This document shows positions 36,335-44,074 of a stretch of 64,000 bases of DNA, in pieces; within the stretch, counting starts at the first letter, position 1, and every line of letters starts with the position of its first letter. Source of the stretch: Candidatus Omnitrophota bacterium. Its GTDB lineage: Bacteria > Omnitrophota > Gorgyraeia > Gorgyraeales > Gorgyraeaceae. The position numbers and the translations under genes were made by a program. The notes beneath the pieces are model-generated. The model searched no databases, was not told the origin of the DNA, and was given only the letters and a program-made list of their open reading frames with translations. The stretch is taken from assembly GCA_043822665.1 (NCBI GenBank), contig JBDRBM010000024.1, positions 2,056 through 66,055 of the forward strand, given 5' to 3'.

Positions 36335-37059
36335 CCTATTCCTTTTATGGGAAGGTAGCCTTTTCTGATGTTTGCCATGCTTTTAAATATATTTTCCTTA
36401 ACACGTGGATATTTTTTTCTTAAACCTTCTATTATACTTCTCATAGCGGCGCGGTTTGTCAATTTTCCGTAAGGGCATTCATAAGGCATTATCGGGATTT
36501 TCTTTAAAATAGCGTATTTTTCTATCTGGCGTTTCTCCAGATAACAAAACGGCCTTATAATGTGAAATCTTCCTTTAAACATCCTGAGCTTTGGCGGCAT
36601 GGTGCTTGTTTCTCCCTGGAAGAATATATTCATAAAAAGCGTTTCGAGTATGTCATCAAGGTGATGGGCCAAAACGATCTTATTGCATTTAACGCGGTTT
36701 GCCATCTTAAAGATAGCTTCACGCCGTTTCCATGAACACCAGAAACACTCTGTCTTGTGTATATCCTTTTTTTTGTTCTCATTTAGATTTATTTTAATAA
36801 TATGGTATTTTAAGCCGCTTTTTTTAAGATAATTTTCAATTGTCTTGGCGTTTTTTCTGTTTATGTCTATATGCACGGGGATGAGTTTGTATCTTACAGG
36901 CACATATCGTGACCGCTCGTTCAATATATTCAACAGAGAAAGGCTGTCCTGGCCCGACACGCCCACCAGGATCCTGTCCCCGTCGGAAATCATCTTATAA
37001 TCATGCAGGGCTTTTCCTGTGCGCCTGTTTAAAAAATATTCTATCCCGGAACGTTTCAT
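36331..37059 (-). CDS. PP-loop ATP pyrophosphatase, TtcA-like (tRNA thiolation family)
   Basis: VGVSGQDSLSLL (SGGxDS variant), CFWCSWKRR, LAHHLDDILET. Confidence 0.65.
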   Translation of the reverse strand: MKRSGIEYFLNRRTGKALHDYKMISDGDRILVGVSGQDSLSLLNILNERSRYVPVRYKLIPVHIDINRKNAKTIENYLKKSGLKYHIIKINLNENKKKDIHKTECFWCSWKRREAIFKMANRVKCNKIVLAHHLDDILETLFMNIFFQGETSTMPPKLRMFKGRFHIIRPFCYLEKRQIEKYAILKKIPIMPYECPYGKLTNRAAMRSIIEGLRKKYPRVKENIFKSMANIRKGYLPIKGIG

Positions 37060-37077
37060 TGTGATATATAAGGCAGG

Positions 37078-38514
37078 TTATAGCGCGGTCTCTTCTTCGT
37101 TATTTATCCAGAAGGCCTTGAAATTATTTTCGTTAATTATTTTTAAGATTACCCTTACCATATCCTGGTCATACTTTGGCCCGGCATTATCTTTCAATTC
37201 CTGCACAGCTTTTTTTATACCCAAGGCAGCCCTGTAAGGCCTGTGGAATGTCATGGCTTCGAGTACGTCGGCTATGGCGAGTATTCTTGCCTCGGGGATG
37301 ATTTTTTCACCTACGAGGCCGCGGGGATAACCTTTGCCGTCAAGTCTTTCGTGATGTTGGTATATAGTTTCTGGCAGGGGAAAAGGAAAAGAGTGATGTT
37401 TTAGCATGTCGTAGCATTTTTTGACATGCTCCTGTATAAGTTTGAACTCTAGCTCAGAAAGCGTTCCGGGTTTATTCAGTATCTCAAGGGGTATCAGTAT
37501 TTTTCCTATATCATGAAGCTCGGCCGACATCTTGAGCGCCAATATCTTATTTTCATCCCACCCTATTTCCTGAGCCATTTTTTCCGCTATTATAGATACG
37601 CGCCGTGTATGGCCAAAGGTGTAAGGGTCTCTTATCTCAAGAATCCTATCGAGCACCTTTAAGGAGTTCATAACCATATCAAGGCGATTTCTCTCCATCT
37701 GGTCATAGGCAGTTATGTCCCTTGTTATGCCCATCGTGCCTATTATCTCCCCGCGTTTATTCTTTATAGGTATCTTTGTGGTGGTGACGCAGTTATAGGT
37801 GCCGTTAGGAAGGAGCGTGCGCTCTATCTTTCCTATAATTGGATTTCCTGTTATCAGTATATACGTATCGTCATCGAACATCTTCTGGGCTTGTTCTCTC
37901 GGAAAGAAGTGGAAATCGGTCTTACCGGTTATTTCCTCAGGCTTCATCTTAAAACCATCCGCGTAGAACTTGTTTACCCTTACAAGCCTGTTTTCTTTAT
38001 CTTTGAAGTAAACCGCGTCAGGCAGATTATCCAGTAGATTCTGAAAGAGCTCTTGTTCAAGCGCGAATTTTTCTTCCAGTTCTTTATGTCTTGTAATATC
38101 TTCAAGCATGCCTTCTATATACAGACGCTTGCGGGGATTAAAAGGTTCTACCAAAGATGCTGTAATTGCCACACAGGCCTCTTTGTCATCCTTTGTCTTG
38201 AAGAGTGTTTCATAAAACCTGACTGTTTTTTCCTTTTTGAGAAGCTTGAAAAATTCTACCCCTTTCGCAGGGTCTTTGAAGAGGGATTTGAATTTTAGCT
38301 TATGTATTTCTTTTTCAGATGTATAACCCAGTATATTGGCAATGGCGGGATTGACAGCCAGAAATTTTTCATTAGGAGACAATTGGTACCTGAAAAGGCA
38401 TATACCAAGCCTGTTAGCCGCGGAGAACTCCAAATAAAACTTATCTTTTGTTTTGGCTTTTTTAGTTTTCATATTATAATATATATTAACATACAAGAAA
38501 CGGAAAAGAAACAA
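37078..38514 (-). CDS. PAS-domain HD-GYP phosphodiesterase (cyclic-di-GMP signalling)
   Basis: Two PAS-like regions, then HDIGK and HHERLDGKGYPRGL (HD-GYP signature). Confidence 0.85.
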   Translation of the reverse strand: MFLFRFLYVNIYYNMKTKKAKTKDKFYLEFSAANRLGICLFRYQLSPNEKFLAVNPAIANILGYTSEKEIHKLKFKSLFKDPAKGVEFFKLLKKEKTVRFYETLFKTKDDKEACVAITASLVEPFNPRKRLYIEGMLEDITRHKELEEKFALEQELFQNLLDNLPDAVYFKDKENRLVRVNKFYADGFKMKPEEITGKTDFHFFPREQAQKMFDDDTYILITGNPIIGKIERTLLPNGTYNCVTTTKIPIKNKRGEIIGTMGITRDITAYDQMERNRLDMVMNSLKVLDRILEIRDPYTFGHTRRVSIIAEKMAQEIGWDENKILALKMSAELHDIGKILIPLEILNKPGTLSELEFKLIQEHVKKCYDMLKHHSFPFPLPETIYQHHERLDGKGYPRGLVGEKIIPEARILAIADVLEAMTFHRPYRAALGIKKAVQELKDNAGPKYDQDMVRVILKIINENNFKAFWINNEEETAL

Positions 38515-39192
38515 AAAAATTGAAATACCATAATAAATGAAAAGATAGATAACACTTTTTGGTCAGGACCAGTGCCTTGAGAGATTTTGCCACAACGAAC
38601 CCCATATAGTGTCCTTTTGCCCTGGTAAGGCCTACAAAAAGACGCTCGGCCTAATAGATGCAAATGACTATAAAGCATTACGTAGAGTTAGGCCTCGCTC
38701 CATTTTCTTTTGACAGGCAATGTCTGTAATGATGCGGTAATCCTGGATTACGCAAAAGAAAAAGGCTTTTCTTAAGGCCTCACCAGGGCAAAAGGACCAG
38801 CGATAAAGTGCTCAGGGCTTACTCAAGCGCTGATGTGCTGAGAGTGTAACCCGACATCGAAAATATTACAAAAAAATGTAAATACTTTATAGAAGAACGC
38901 ATTGTCTGTTTAAGCGCATGACCAACCCTGTGAGCGAATTGAAAATTTAGCCTTTTATACTGTATTTTGGCGGTTTTTAAAAGGGCGAGAACTGTCCGAG
39001 CCCCACACCTTCTGCCGAAGGCAGTTGGTGTGGGGTGAGTTTTCTCGCCCCCGACAAAATGCTGTCTAAAAGACGGCCCCATGTAAACCTGACATAGATG
39101 AGGCAAATCTTCATTTGAGCGAGCAGGGCTGGCTATGCGCTTAAGAGTGTAGCATAACCATTCAAATATTACAGGCTCGATTAACAATATAC
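38515..39192. other. ORF-free, hairpin-rich region; candidate structured ncRNA(s), unclassified
   Basis: No credible ORF on either strand. A 22-nt stem (38611-38632 with 38776-38797, one mismatch) encloses nested hairpins. A three-tier hairpin spans 38983-39050. A 10-bp long-range pairing joins 38910-38919 with 39135-39144. Confidence 0.35.
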
Positions 39193-39231
39193 TTGATTAT
39201 TGGGCGTAAACTCACTATACTGAAAACTATT

Positions 39232-39855
39232 ATGGGGGAAAAATATGATGCTATACTCTGCGACCTCGGTAATGTCCTTATTAATTTTGACCACAGGATA
39301 GCTGTCAGGAAGATCCTCGAATATACGCCTAAAAATGAAGAGGATATCTATAATCTATTTTTTGATTCGTCTTTTACAGAACTATACGAAGAAGGGAAGA
39401 TAGAGCCTGCGGGATTTTTCAGGCGGGTAAAAGACACCCTTGAGCTTGACCTGGATTACAATGAATTTTTTCTCATCTGGAACAACATATTCTTTGATAC
39501 CCCCCTTAATATAAAGATGCGCGATTTCCTAAAGAAGGCAAAATCGGTTTATAAACTTGTCATGATCTCCAATCTCAATGTCACTCATTTTGAGTTTCTT
39601 AAAAAGAAAATGCCTATATTTAAAGAATTTGACAGGCTGATTCTTTCGTATGAGATAGGCTATAGGAAGCCCGCGCCCGAGATTTACAAAGCAGCGCTCG
39701 AGTCTATTAAGACATCAAATGATAAAGTCTTTTATGTTGATGACAGGCAAGATTTAATAGATGCGGCTTCCAGGCTTGGCATAAGAGGCATAGTTTTCGA
39801 CGGAGAAAAGGCGCTTGGAGATATCCAAAAGGAACTGAGAAATGATTTTAGTTAG
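39232..39855 (+). CDS. HAD-superfamily hydrolase (subfamily IA-like)
   Basis: AILCDLGNVL (motif I variant), MISNLN (motif II), FYVDDRQDLI (motif IV). I prefer ATG 39232 to the upstream non-ATG start in the track. Confidence 0.75.
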   Translation: MGEKYDAILCDLGNVLINFDHRIAVRKILEYTPKNEEDIYNLFFDSSFTELYEEGKIEPAGFFRRVKDTLELDLDYNEFFLIWNNIFFDTPLNIKMRDFLKKAKSVYKLVMISNLNVTHFEFLKKKMPIFKEFDRLILSYEIGYRKPAPEIYKAALESIKTSNDKVFYVDDRQDLIDAASRLGIRGIVFDGEKALGDIQKELRNDFS

Positions 39856-40276
39856 CGCGTGCCTGGCAGGCGTAAATTGTTCCTGGGACGGGAAAAACAG
39901 GCTCAATGAGAAGATAAGAAAGCTTGTAGCTCGAAAGCTTGCTTTGCCTGTGTGCCCCGAAGTGCTTGGCGGCAGGCCTGTACCAAGGACAAGGACAGAG
40001 ATAAAGGGCGGAAGCGGAAAAGACGTGTTGGAAGGCAGGGCCATGGTGTGTGACGAGAATAGTTCAGATGTTACAGGAGAGTTTCTGAAAGGCGCTCAGT
40101 CCGTGTTAGAGATTGTAAAGCGTTTTGAGATAAAAGAAGCCGTATTGAAAGCTAAAAGCCCTTCATGCGGCGTAGGCAGGATTTATGACGGCAGCTTTAA
40201 GGCCAGGCTTGTTTCGGGCGACGGGGTAACAACAGCTTTATTGAAGAAAGAAGGAATCAGGTGTCGCGCAATCTGA
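39842..40276 (+). CDS. DUF523 protein (TudS-type thiouracil desulfurase family)
   Basis: ILVSACLAGVNCSWDGK, CPEVLGGRPVPR, SPSCG. These are the Cys ligands typical of DUF523. Confidence 0.7.
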   Translation: MILVSACLAGVNCSWDGKNRLNEKIRKLVARKLALPVCPEVLGGRPVPRTRTEIKGGSGKDVLEGRAMVCDENSSDVTGEFLKGAQSVLEIVKRFEIKEAVLKAKSPSCGVGRIYDGSFKARLVSGDGVTTALLKKEGIRCRAI

Positions 40277-40758
40277 TTATAGACGGTTATAATGCCATGC
40301 ACAGGATAGGCCAGCTTGAGGCGAAGAAAGATATAAGCCTTGAAGCGGCCAGGCTGTATTTTCTTAAATTGCTGAACGATTTTATGCGCAGGAAAAAGAT
40401 CTTTGATAAGATATTCGTCGTATTTGACAGCAAAGAAGATACCTTGGGAGTAAGACGGCATTCCTGCGGCAGGATAGAGGTTCTATTTACCACTAAAGAC
40501 AAAGACGCTGATATGGTGATAGTTGATTTACTGAGAAAGGCCTCTTCCCGTGATGAAATAAGCGTATCCTCGGATGATAATTTTGTCAGAAACCATGCCA
40601 AAGTTTTTAGCAGAGACATCATCTCAATAAGCGAACTGAAAAATATAATTATATTGAAGAAAGAAGGCTTTAAGAGTAAAATAAAGGGAAAAGAACTTGA
40701 GAGTAGTGACGTAAATAATATTAATGAGGAATTAAAGAAGCACTGGGGGATAGAATAA
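40261..40758 (+). CDS. NYN-domain protein, YacP/Rae1-like ribonuclease
   Basis: LIIDGYNAMH, VVFDS, DADMVIVDL. 165 aa. Confidence 0.65.
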   Translation: MSRNLIIDGYNAMHRIGQLEAKKDISLEAARLYFLKLLNDFMRRKKIFDKIFVVFDSKEDTLGVRRHSCGRIEVLFTTKDKDADMVIVDLLRKASSRDEISVSSDDNFVRNHAKVFSRDIISISELKNIIILKKEGFKSKIKGKELESSDVNNINEELKKHWGIE

Positions 40759-41507
40759 TGGAGAAGAACGGGCTTAGGCCTGTTTATATTGAGGTATTTG
40801 ACCTGGATGACGCATGGTTTCAGTGCCTTTCTAAAATATTGGACCATGGCCATGTTTATACGATAACAAGAGGCAGCTACGAGGGGCAGAAGAGGCTCGA
40901 GTTTGATTTTGTAACTATAAGGATAAAAAATCCGGCCCATCAGATAATACCTATAATACCAGAGGGTTCAGGGATCCCTGCTCCGACCAGCATGGAATAT
41001 ATTCAGGGCTATTTAGCGTATTTATTGACAGGCCAGAAGACAGAGACAGAGGATTACACATACGGCGAACGACTGGTTGATGCCAAGATTAGGATCAAAG
41101 AAACAACCGGCGATAAGGAAATGATAAAAGAGATGCCTCTTAATGTAAATCAGGTTGAAGAGGTAATCAAGATCTATAAGACCCAGGGCTACGGCACTAA
41201 CCAGGCAGTTATGGAAATAGGCATGCCTTCAGACATAAAACTCAATGACCCACCGTGTTTACGCCTCATAGATACGCGAATCCGTTACGGTAAGCTGCAT
41301 TTTTTCCCGTATTTCAGGTCCTGGGATCTTTGGGGAGGCTTTCCGTCCAATCTCGGAGGCCTGGAGTTAGTAAAACAATACATGGCAGAAGAGATAGGCG
41401 TTGACAATGGAGAGATTATAGCCTCAAGCAAAGGACTCCATCTGTATGGCTATAGCTGGGACCTGGCCAAGCAAAGGACAGGTAAGTTAGATCTGGTTAT
41501 AAAGTAA
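40758..41507 (+). CDS. Thymidylate-synthase-family protein (short, archaeal-like ThyA type)
   Basis: LNDPPCLRLIDTRIRYGKLHFFPYFRSWDLWGGFPSNL parallels ThyA PPCH..FQFYV...YQRS.D..LG.PFNI, including the catalytic Cys context. The residue after the Cys is Leu, not His. Confidence 0.6.
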   Translation: MEKNGLRPVYIEVFDLDDAWFQCLSKILDHGHVYTITRGSYEGQKRLEFDFVTIRIKNPAHQIIPIIPEGSGIPAPTSMEYIQGYLAYLLTGQKTETEDYTYGERLVDAKIRIKETTGDKEMIKEMPLNVNQVEEVIKIYKTQGYGTNQAVMEIGMPSDIKLNDPPCLRLIDTRIRYGKLHFFPYFRSWDLWGGFPSNLGGLELVKQYMAEEIGVDNGEIIASSKGLHLYGYSWDLAKQRTGKLDLVIK

Positions 41508-41544
41508 TATGCCCGTGGCTTAATGCCGGGCATCCCATCTCGAT

Positions 41545-42309
41545 ATGCATCCTATAGTAGCTGAATTCGGCCCTTTTACAATATATAGCTATGGCATGAT
41601 GGTCGCCATTGCTTTTATTATCGGGATTTATTTTGCCAGATTAGAGGCGCTCAGAAGGAACATAAAATCCGAGCTTGTCTATGATCTGGTTTTTTTTCTT
41701 GCCATCGGTTCTTTGATAGGCGCCAGGCTTTATTACCTTGCTTTTTTTAATCCAGCAAGTTTTATAAAAGATCCTATATCTGTATTGAAGATATGGGAAG
41801 GGGGGTTGGCTATACACGGGGCTATCTTAGGCGGCATCCTATCAGGCATTTTATTTTCACGATTACGCAAGATGTCTTTTTGGAAGATTGCGGACATAAC
41901 GGCCCCATCATTAATATTGGGACAGGCAGTAGGAAGGATAGGCTGTTTTTTAAACGGATGTTGTTTTGGCACCCCTACTCAATCTATTTTTGGCATAAGG
42001 TTTCCAGGAGGCAGCCTTCCTGATATTGCCTATAGCGGATTGCCGGTACACCCGACCCAGCTTTATGAGTTTGCGCTGGACCTCGCGGGATTTTTTATGC
42101 TATGGTCTATAAGGCGGAGGTTAAAATTTGACGGCGGGCTTTTTCTTCTCTATCTGGTGATATATAGCGCAATAAGAATAATTGTTTCGGGCTTACGCGG
42201 GGACAGTCTTTATATATGGGGGTCTACTATAAAAATCGCACAGGCCGTAAGCGCTGTTATTTTTATAATAGCCGCGCTTATTTTTATAAAAAGACAGAAA
42301 AATGCATAA
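41545..42309 (+). CDS. lgt: Prolipoprotein diacylglyceryl transferase
   Basis: IYSYGMM, GARLYY, WEGGLAIHGA, GRIGCFLNGCCFG, HPTQLYE. Confidence 0.9.
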   Translation: MHPIVAEFGPFTIYSYGMMVAIAFIIGIYFARLEALRRNIKSELVYDLVFFLAIGSLIGARLYYLAFFNPASFIKDPISVLKIWEGGLAIHGAILGGILSGILFSRLRKMSFWKIADITAPSLILGQAVGRIGCFLNGCCFGTPTQSIFGIRFPGGSLPDIAYSGLPVHPTQLYEFALDLAGFFMLWSIRRRLKFDGGLFLLYLVIYSAIRIIVSGLRGDSLYIWGSTIKIAQAVSAVIFIIAALIFIKRQKNA

Positions 42310-42880
42310 AAGAAGTCTTTTCAAGTTAATCTTGTTAATTTTATTAATATGCGTCCCCGGCGTATATGGCGATGAAATCACTAAATCTATCATGCCAGAG
42401 GCAGAGTCCTTTAGGAAAGTTGAAACACCTTTTCAGTATTATGAGGCGTATGCCAAAGGTAAGTTAATAGGGTATTGTTTTAATACAAAAGACGCAGAGC
42501 CTGAAATGCGGGGATATTCAGGGCCTATGGAGATCTTAGTCAGCGTAGACAAGCAGTATAGAATAATCAATTTAAAAATCCTTCATCATAACGAAACTCC
42601 TGAATACGCCTCAGGTATTACAGAGCCTAAATTTTTAAATCAGTTTCAGGGAAAAGGAACGGACGCAGGCTTTAAAATCGGCGATGATATAGACGCGGTG
42701 ACGCATGCTACTATATCAAGCTCTGCGGTTTGTGATGTTCTCAAGGCCAGCCTTGGGAGGATAAAAGAGGTATTGGGAGCTGTGAAAACAGAGGGGCCTG
42801 AATCAAAAGGATTAGCCAGGTTGAAAACCCTGGGATTGGAACCCAGAGAAGCAAGGTATTATAAAACCATAGATGAGTAA
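42302..42880 (+). CDS. Exported FMN-binding-domain protein (NqrC/RnfG-like)
   Basis: Signal peptide MHKRSLFKLILLILLICVPGVYG. DAVTHATISSSAV resembles the flavinylation motif D-x-x-[ST]-G-A-T, with H in place of G. Confidence 0.6.
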   Translation: MHKRSLFKLILLILLICVPGVYGDEITKSIMPEAESFRKVETPFQYYEAYAKGKLIGYCFNTKDAEPEMRGYSGPMEILVSVDKQYRIINLKILHHNETPEYASGITEPKFLNQFQGKGTDAGFKIGDDIDAVTHATISSSAVCDVLKASLGRIKEVLGAVKTEGPESKGLARLKTLGLEPREARYYKTIDE

Positions 42881-43847
42881 AGTTAAATGTCTATTATGCC
42901 CGAGAGAATGTGAGTTGAAAGAGGGTCAGCGCGGAGATTGCAGGGCCAGGATGAATATAGGCGGTAAGCTACAAACCCTTGTCTACGGAAAGCCGTGTTC
43001 CGTGCATGTCGACCCAATAGAAAAGAAACCACTTTTTCATTACCTCCCAGGGACAGGTTCATTTTCTATAGCCACGGCAGGATGCAACCTGCACTGTATG
43101 TATTGCCAGAACTGGGAGATATCGCAGAGAGAGCCTGAGAATACCAGGAATATGGATCTTTCTCCAGAAGATGTGATAAAGGAGGCCCTGGCTGCGAAAT
43201 GCAGGACAATAGCCTGCACCTATTCTGATCCAGTTATATTTTTTGAGTATGCCGCTGATACAGGAAGGCTCGCTCATAAAAATGGCCTATTAAATATCTG
43301 GGTCACTGCAGGGTATATAAATCCAGAACCATTGAAAGAGGCAGTTACATTTATAGACGCCGCGAACATCGACTTAAAAGGCATAACAGAAGATTTTTAT
43401 AAGACCATGTCCAAGGCCAAGCTCCAGCCCGTGCAGGATTGCATAAAGACAATGAAAGACGCTGGTGTGTGGGTAGAGATCACAAATTTAGTGGTCCCGA
43501 CATATAATGACACGACAGAAGATTTTTCAAAATTGAGCGAGTGGATCGTAGATAATGTAGGAGTGGAAGTCCCATTGCACTTTTCTAAATTCTGGCCAAT
43601 GTATCAATTGAAAAACCTTCCTCCCACGCCTGAAGAGGTCCTTACGCGCGCCAGGGAGATTGCGATGTCAAAAGGTATTCACTATGTGTATGTGGGGAAT
43701 ATCCCAGGCCATGACGGCAATAATACCTATTGTCCAGCGTGTAAGAATATTGCGATCGCAAGGCGCGGTTATATGATTCTGGAGTATAATATTGTAAAGG
43801 GAAAGTGCGGATTTTGCAATCACGTGATACCCGGAAAGTGGGAATAA
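42873..43847 (+). CDS. AmmeMemoRadiSam system radical SAM enzyme
   Basis: KCLLCPRECEL, ATAGCNLHCMYCQNWEIS, and a C-terminal CPACK...CGFCN Cys cluster, typical of the TIGR04337-type family. Confidence 0.8.
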   Translation: MSKVKCLLCPRECELKEGQRGDCRARMNIGGKLQTLVYGKPCSVHVDPIEKKPLFHYLPGTGSFSIATAGCNLHCMYCQNWEISQREPENTRNMDLSPEDVIKEALAAKCRTIACTYSDPVIFFEYAADTGRLAHKNGLLNIWVTAGYINPEPLKEAVTFIDAANIDLKGITEDFYKTMSKAKLQPVQDCIKTMKDAGVWVEITNLVVPTYNDTTEDFSKLSEWIVDNVGVEVPLHFSKFWPMYQLKNLPPTPEEVLTRAREIAMSKGIHYVYVGNIPGHDGNNTYCPACKNIAIARRGYMILEYNIVKGKCGFCNHVIPGKWE

Positions 43848-43918
43848 TTCCTTGTTCCCTCTCCTTGAAGGGGAGAGGGTTAGGGTGAGGGGAGAAACCG
43901 CTTAAAAGAAAGGTTGCC

Positions 43919-44071
43919 ATGTTGGACAAAAAAATTACACGAAAAGAGTTTTTTAAGATTGGCCTTTTGGGTATATTTGCCGCATTGGCCGCGCCTTTTC
44001 TGAGATTGTTGAATTCAAGGCCCAACATCTCTTACAAAGATGCCAAGTACTACAAGAATCTAGCGGGCTAA
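43919..44071 (+). CDS. Small hypothetical protein with a Tat-signal-like N-terminus (50 aa)
   Basis: MLDKKITRKEFFKIGLLGIFAALAAPFLRLLNSRPNISYKDAKYYKNLAG. It sits between the radical SAM gene and the Memo/AMMECR1 gene, after the hairpin at 43857-43879. Below the ORF-track cutoff. Confidence 0.35.
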   Translation: MLDKKITRKEFFKIGLLGIFAALAAPFLRLLNSRPNISYKDAKYYKNLAG

Positions 44072-44074
44072 GCC

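Noticed and set aside
38819-39187. 122-aa minus-strand ORF in the large intergenic region
   Set aside because: It has a junk-like composition, no RBS and no recognisable motif. It runs straight through strongly palindromic DNA. It is more likely a chance ORF within a structured non-coding region.
38515-39192. RNase P RNA or tmRNA hypothesis for the ORF-free region
   Set aside because: Some short strings resemble RNase P elements: GAGAACTGTCCGAGCC versus GAGGAAAGUCCGGGC, GTGTAACCCGACATCG versus ACAGAACCCGGCUUAUCG, and CCTAATAGATGCAAATGAC versus CCUAGAUGAAUGAC. However, they occur in the wrong 5'-to-3' order on the plus strand and are absent on the minus strand. I found no tRNA-like T-arm and acceptor end and no tag ORF ending in ...AA-stop for tmRNA. 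I also found no group II domain V.
43857-43900. CCCTCTCC-TTGAA-GGGGAGAGGG followed by TTAGGGTGAGGGG as a member of the dispersed repeat family
   Set aside because: It shares no sequence with families A, B or C. It is a single copy in the window and is adequately explained as a terminator or attenuator hairpin after the radical SAM gene.
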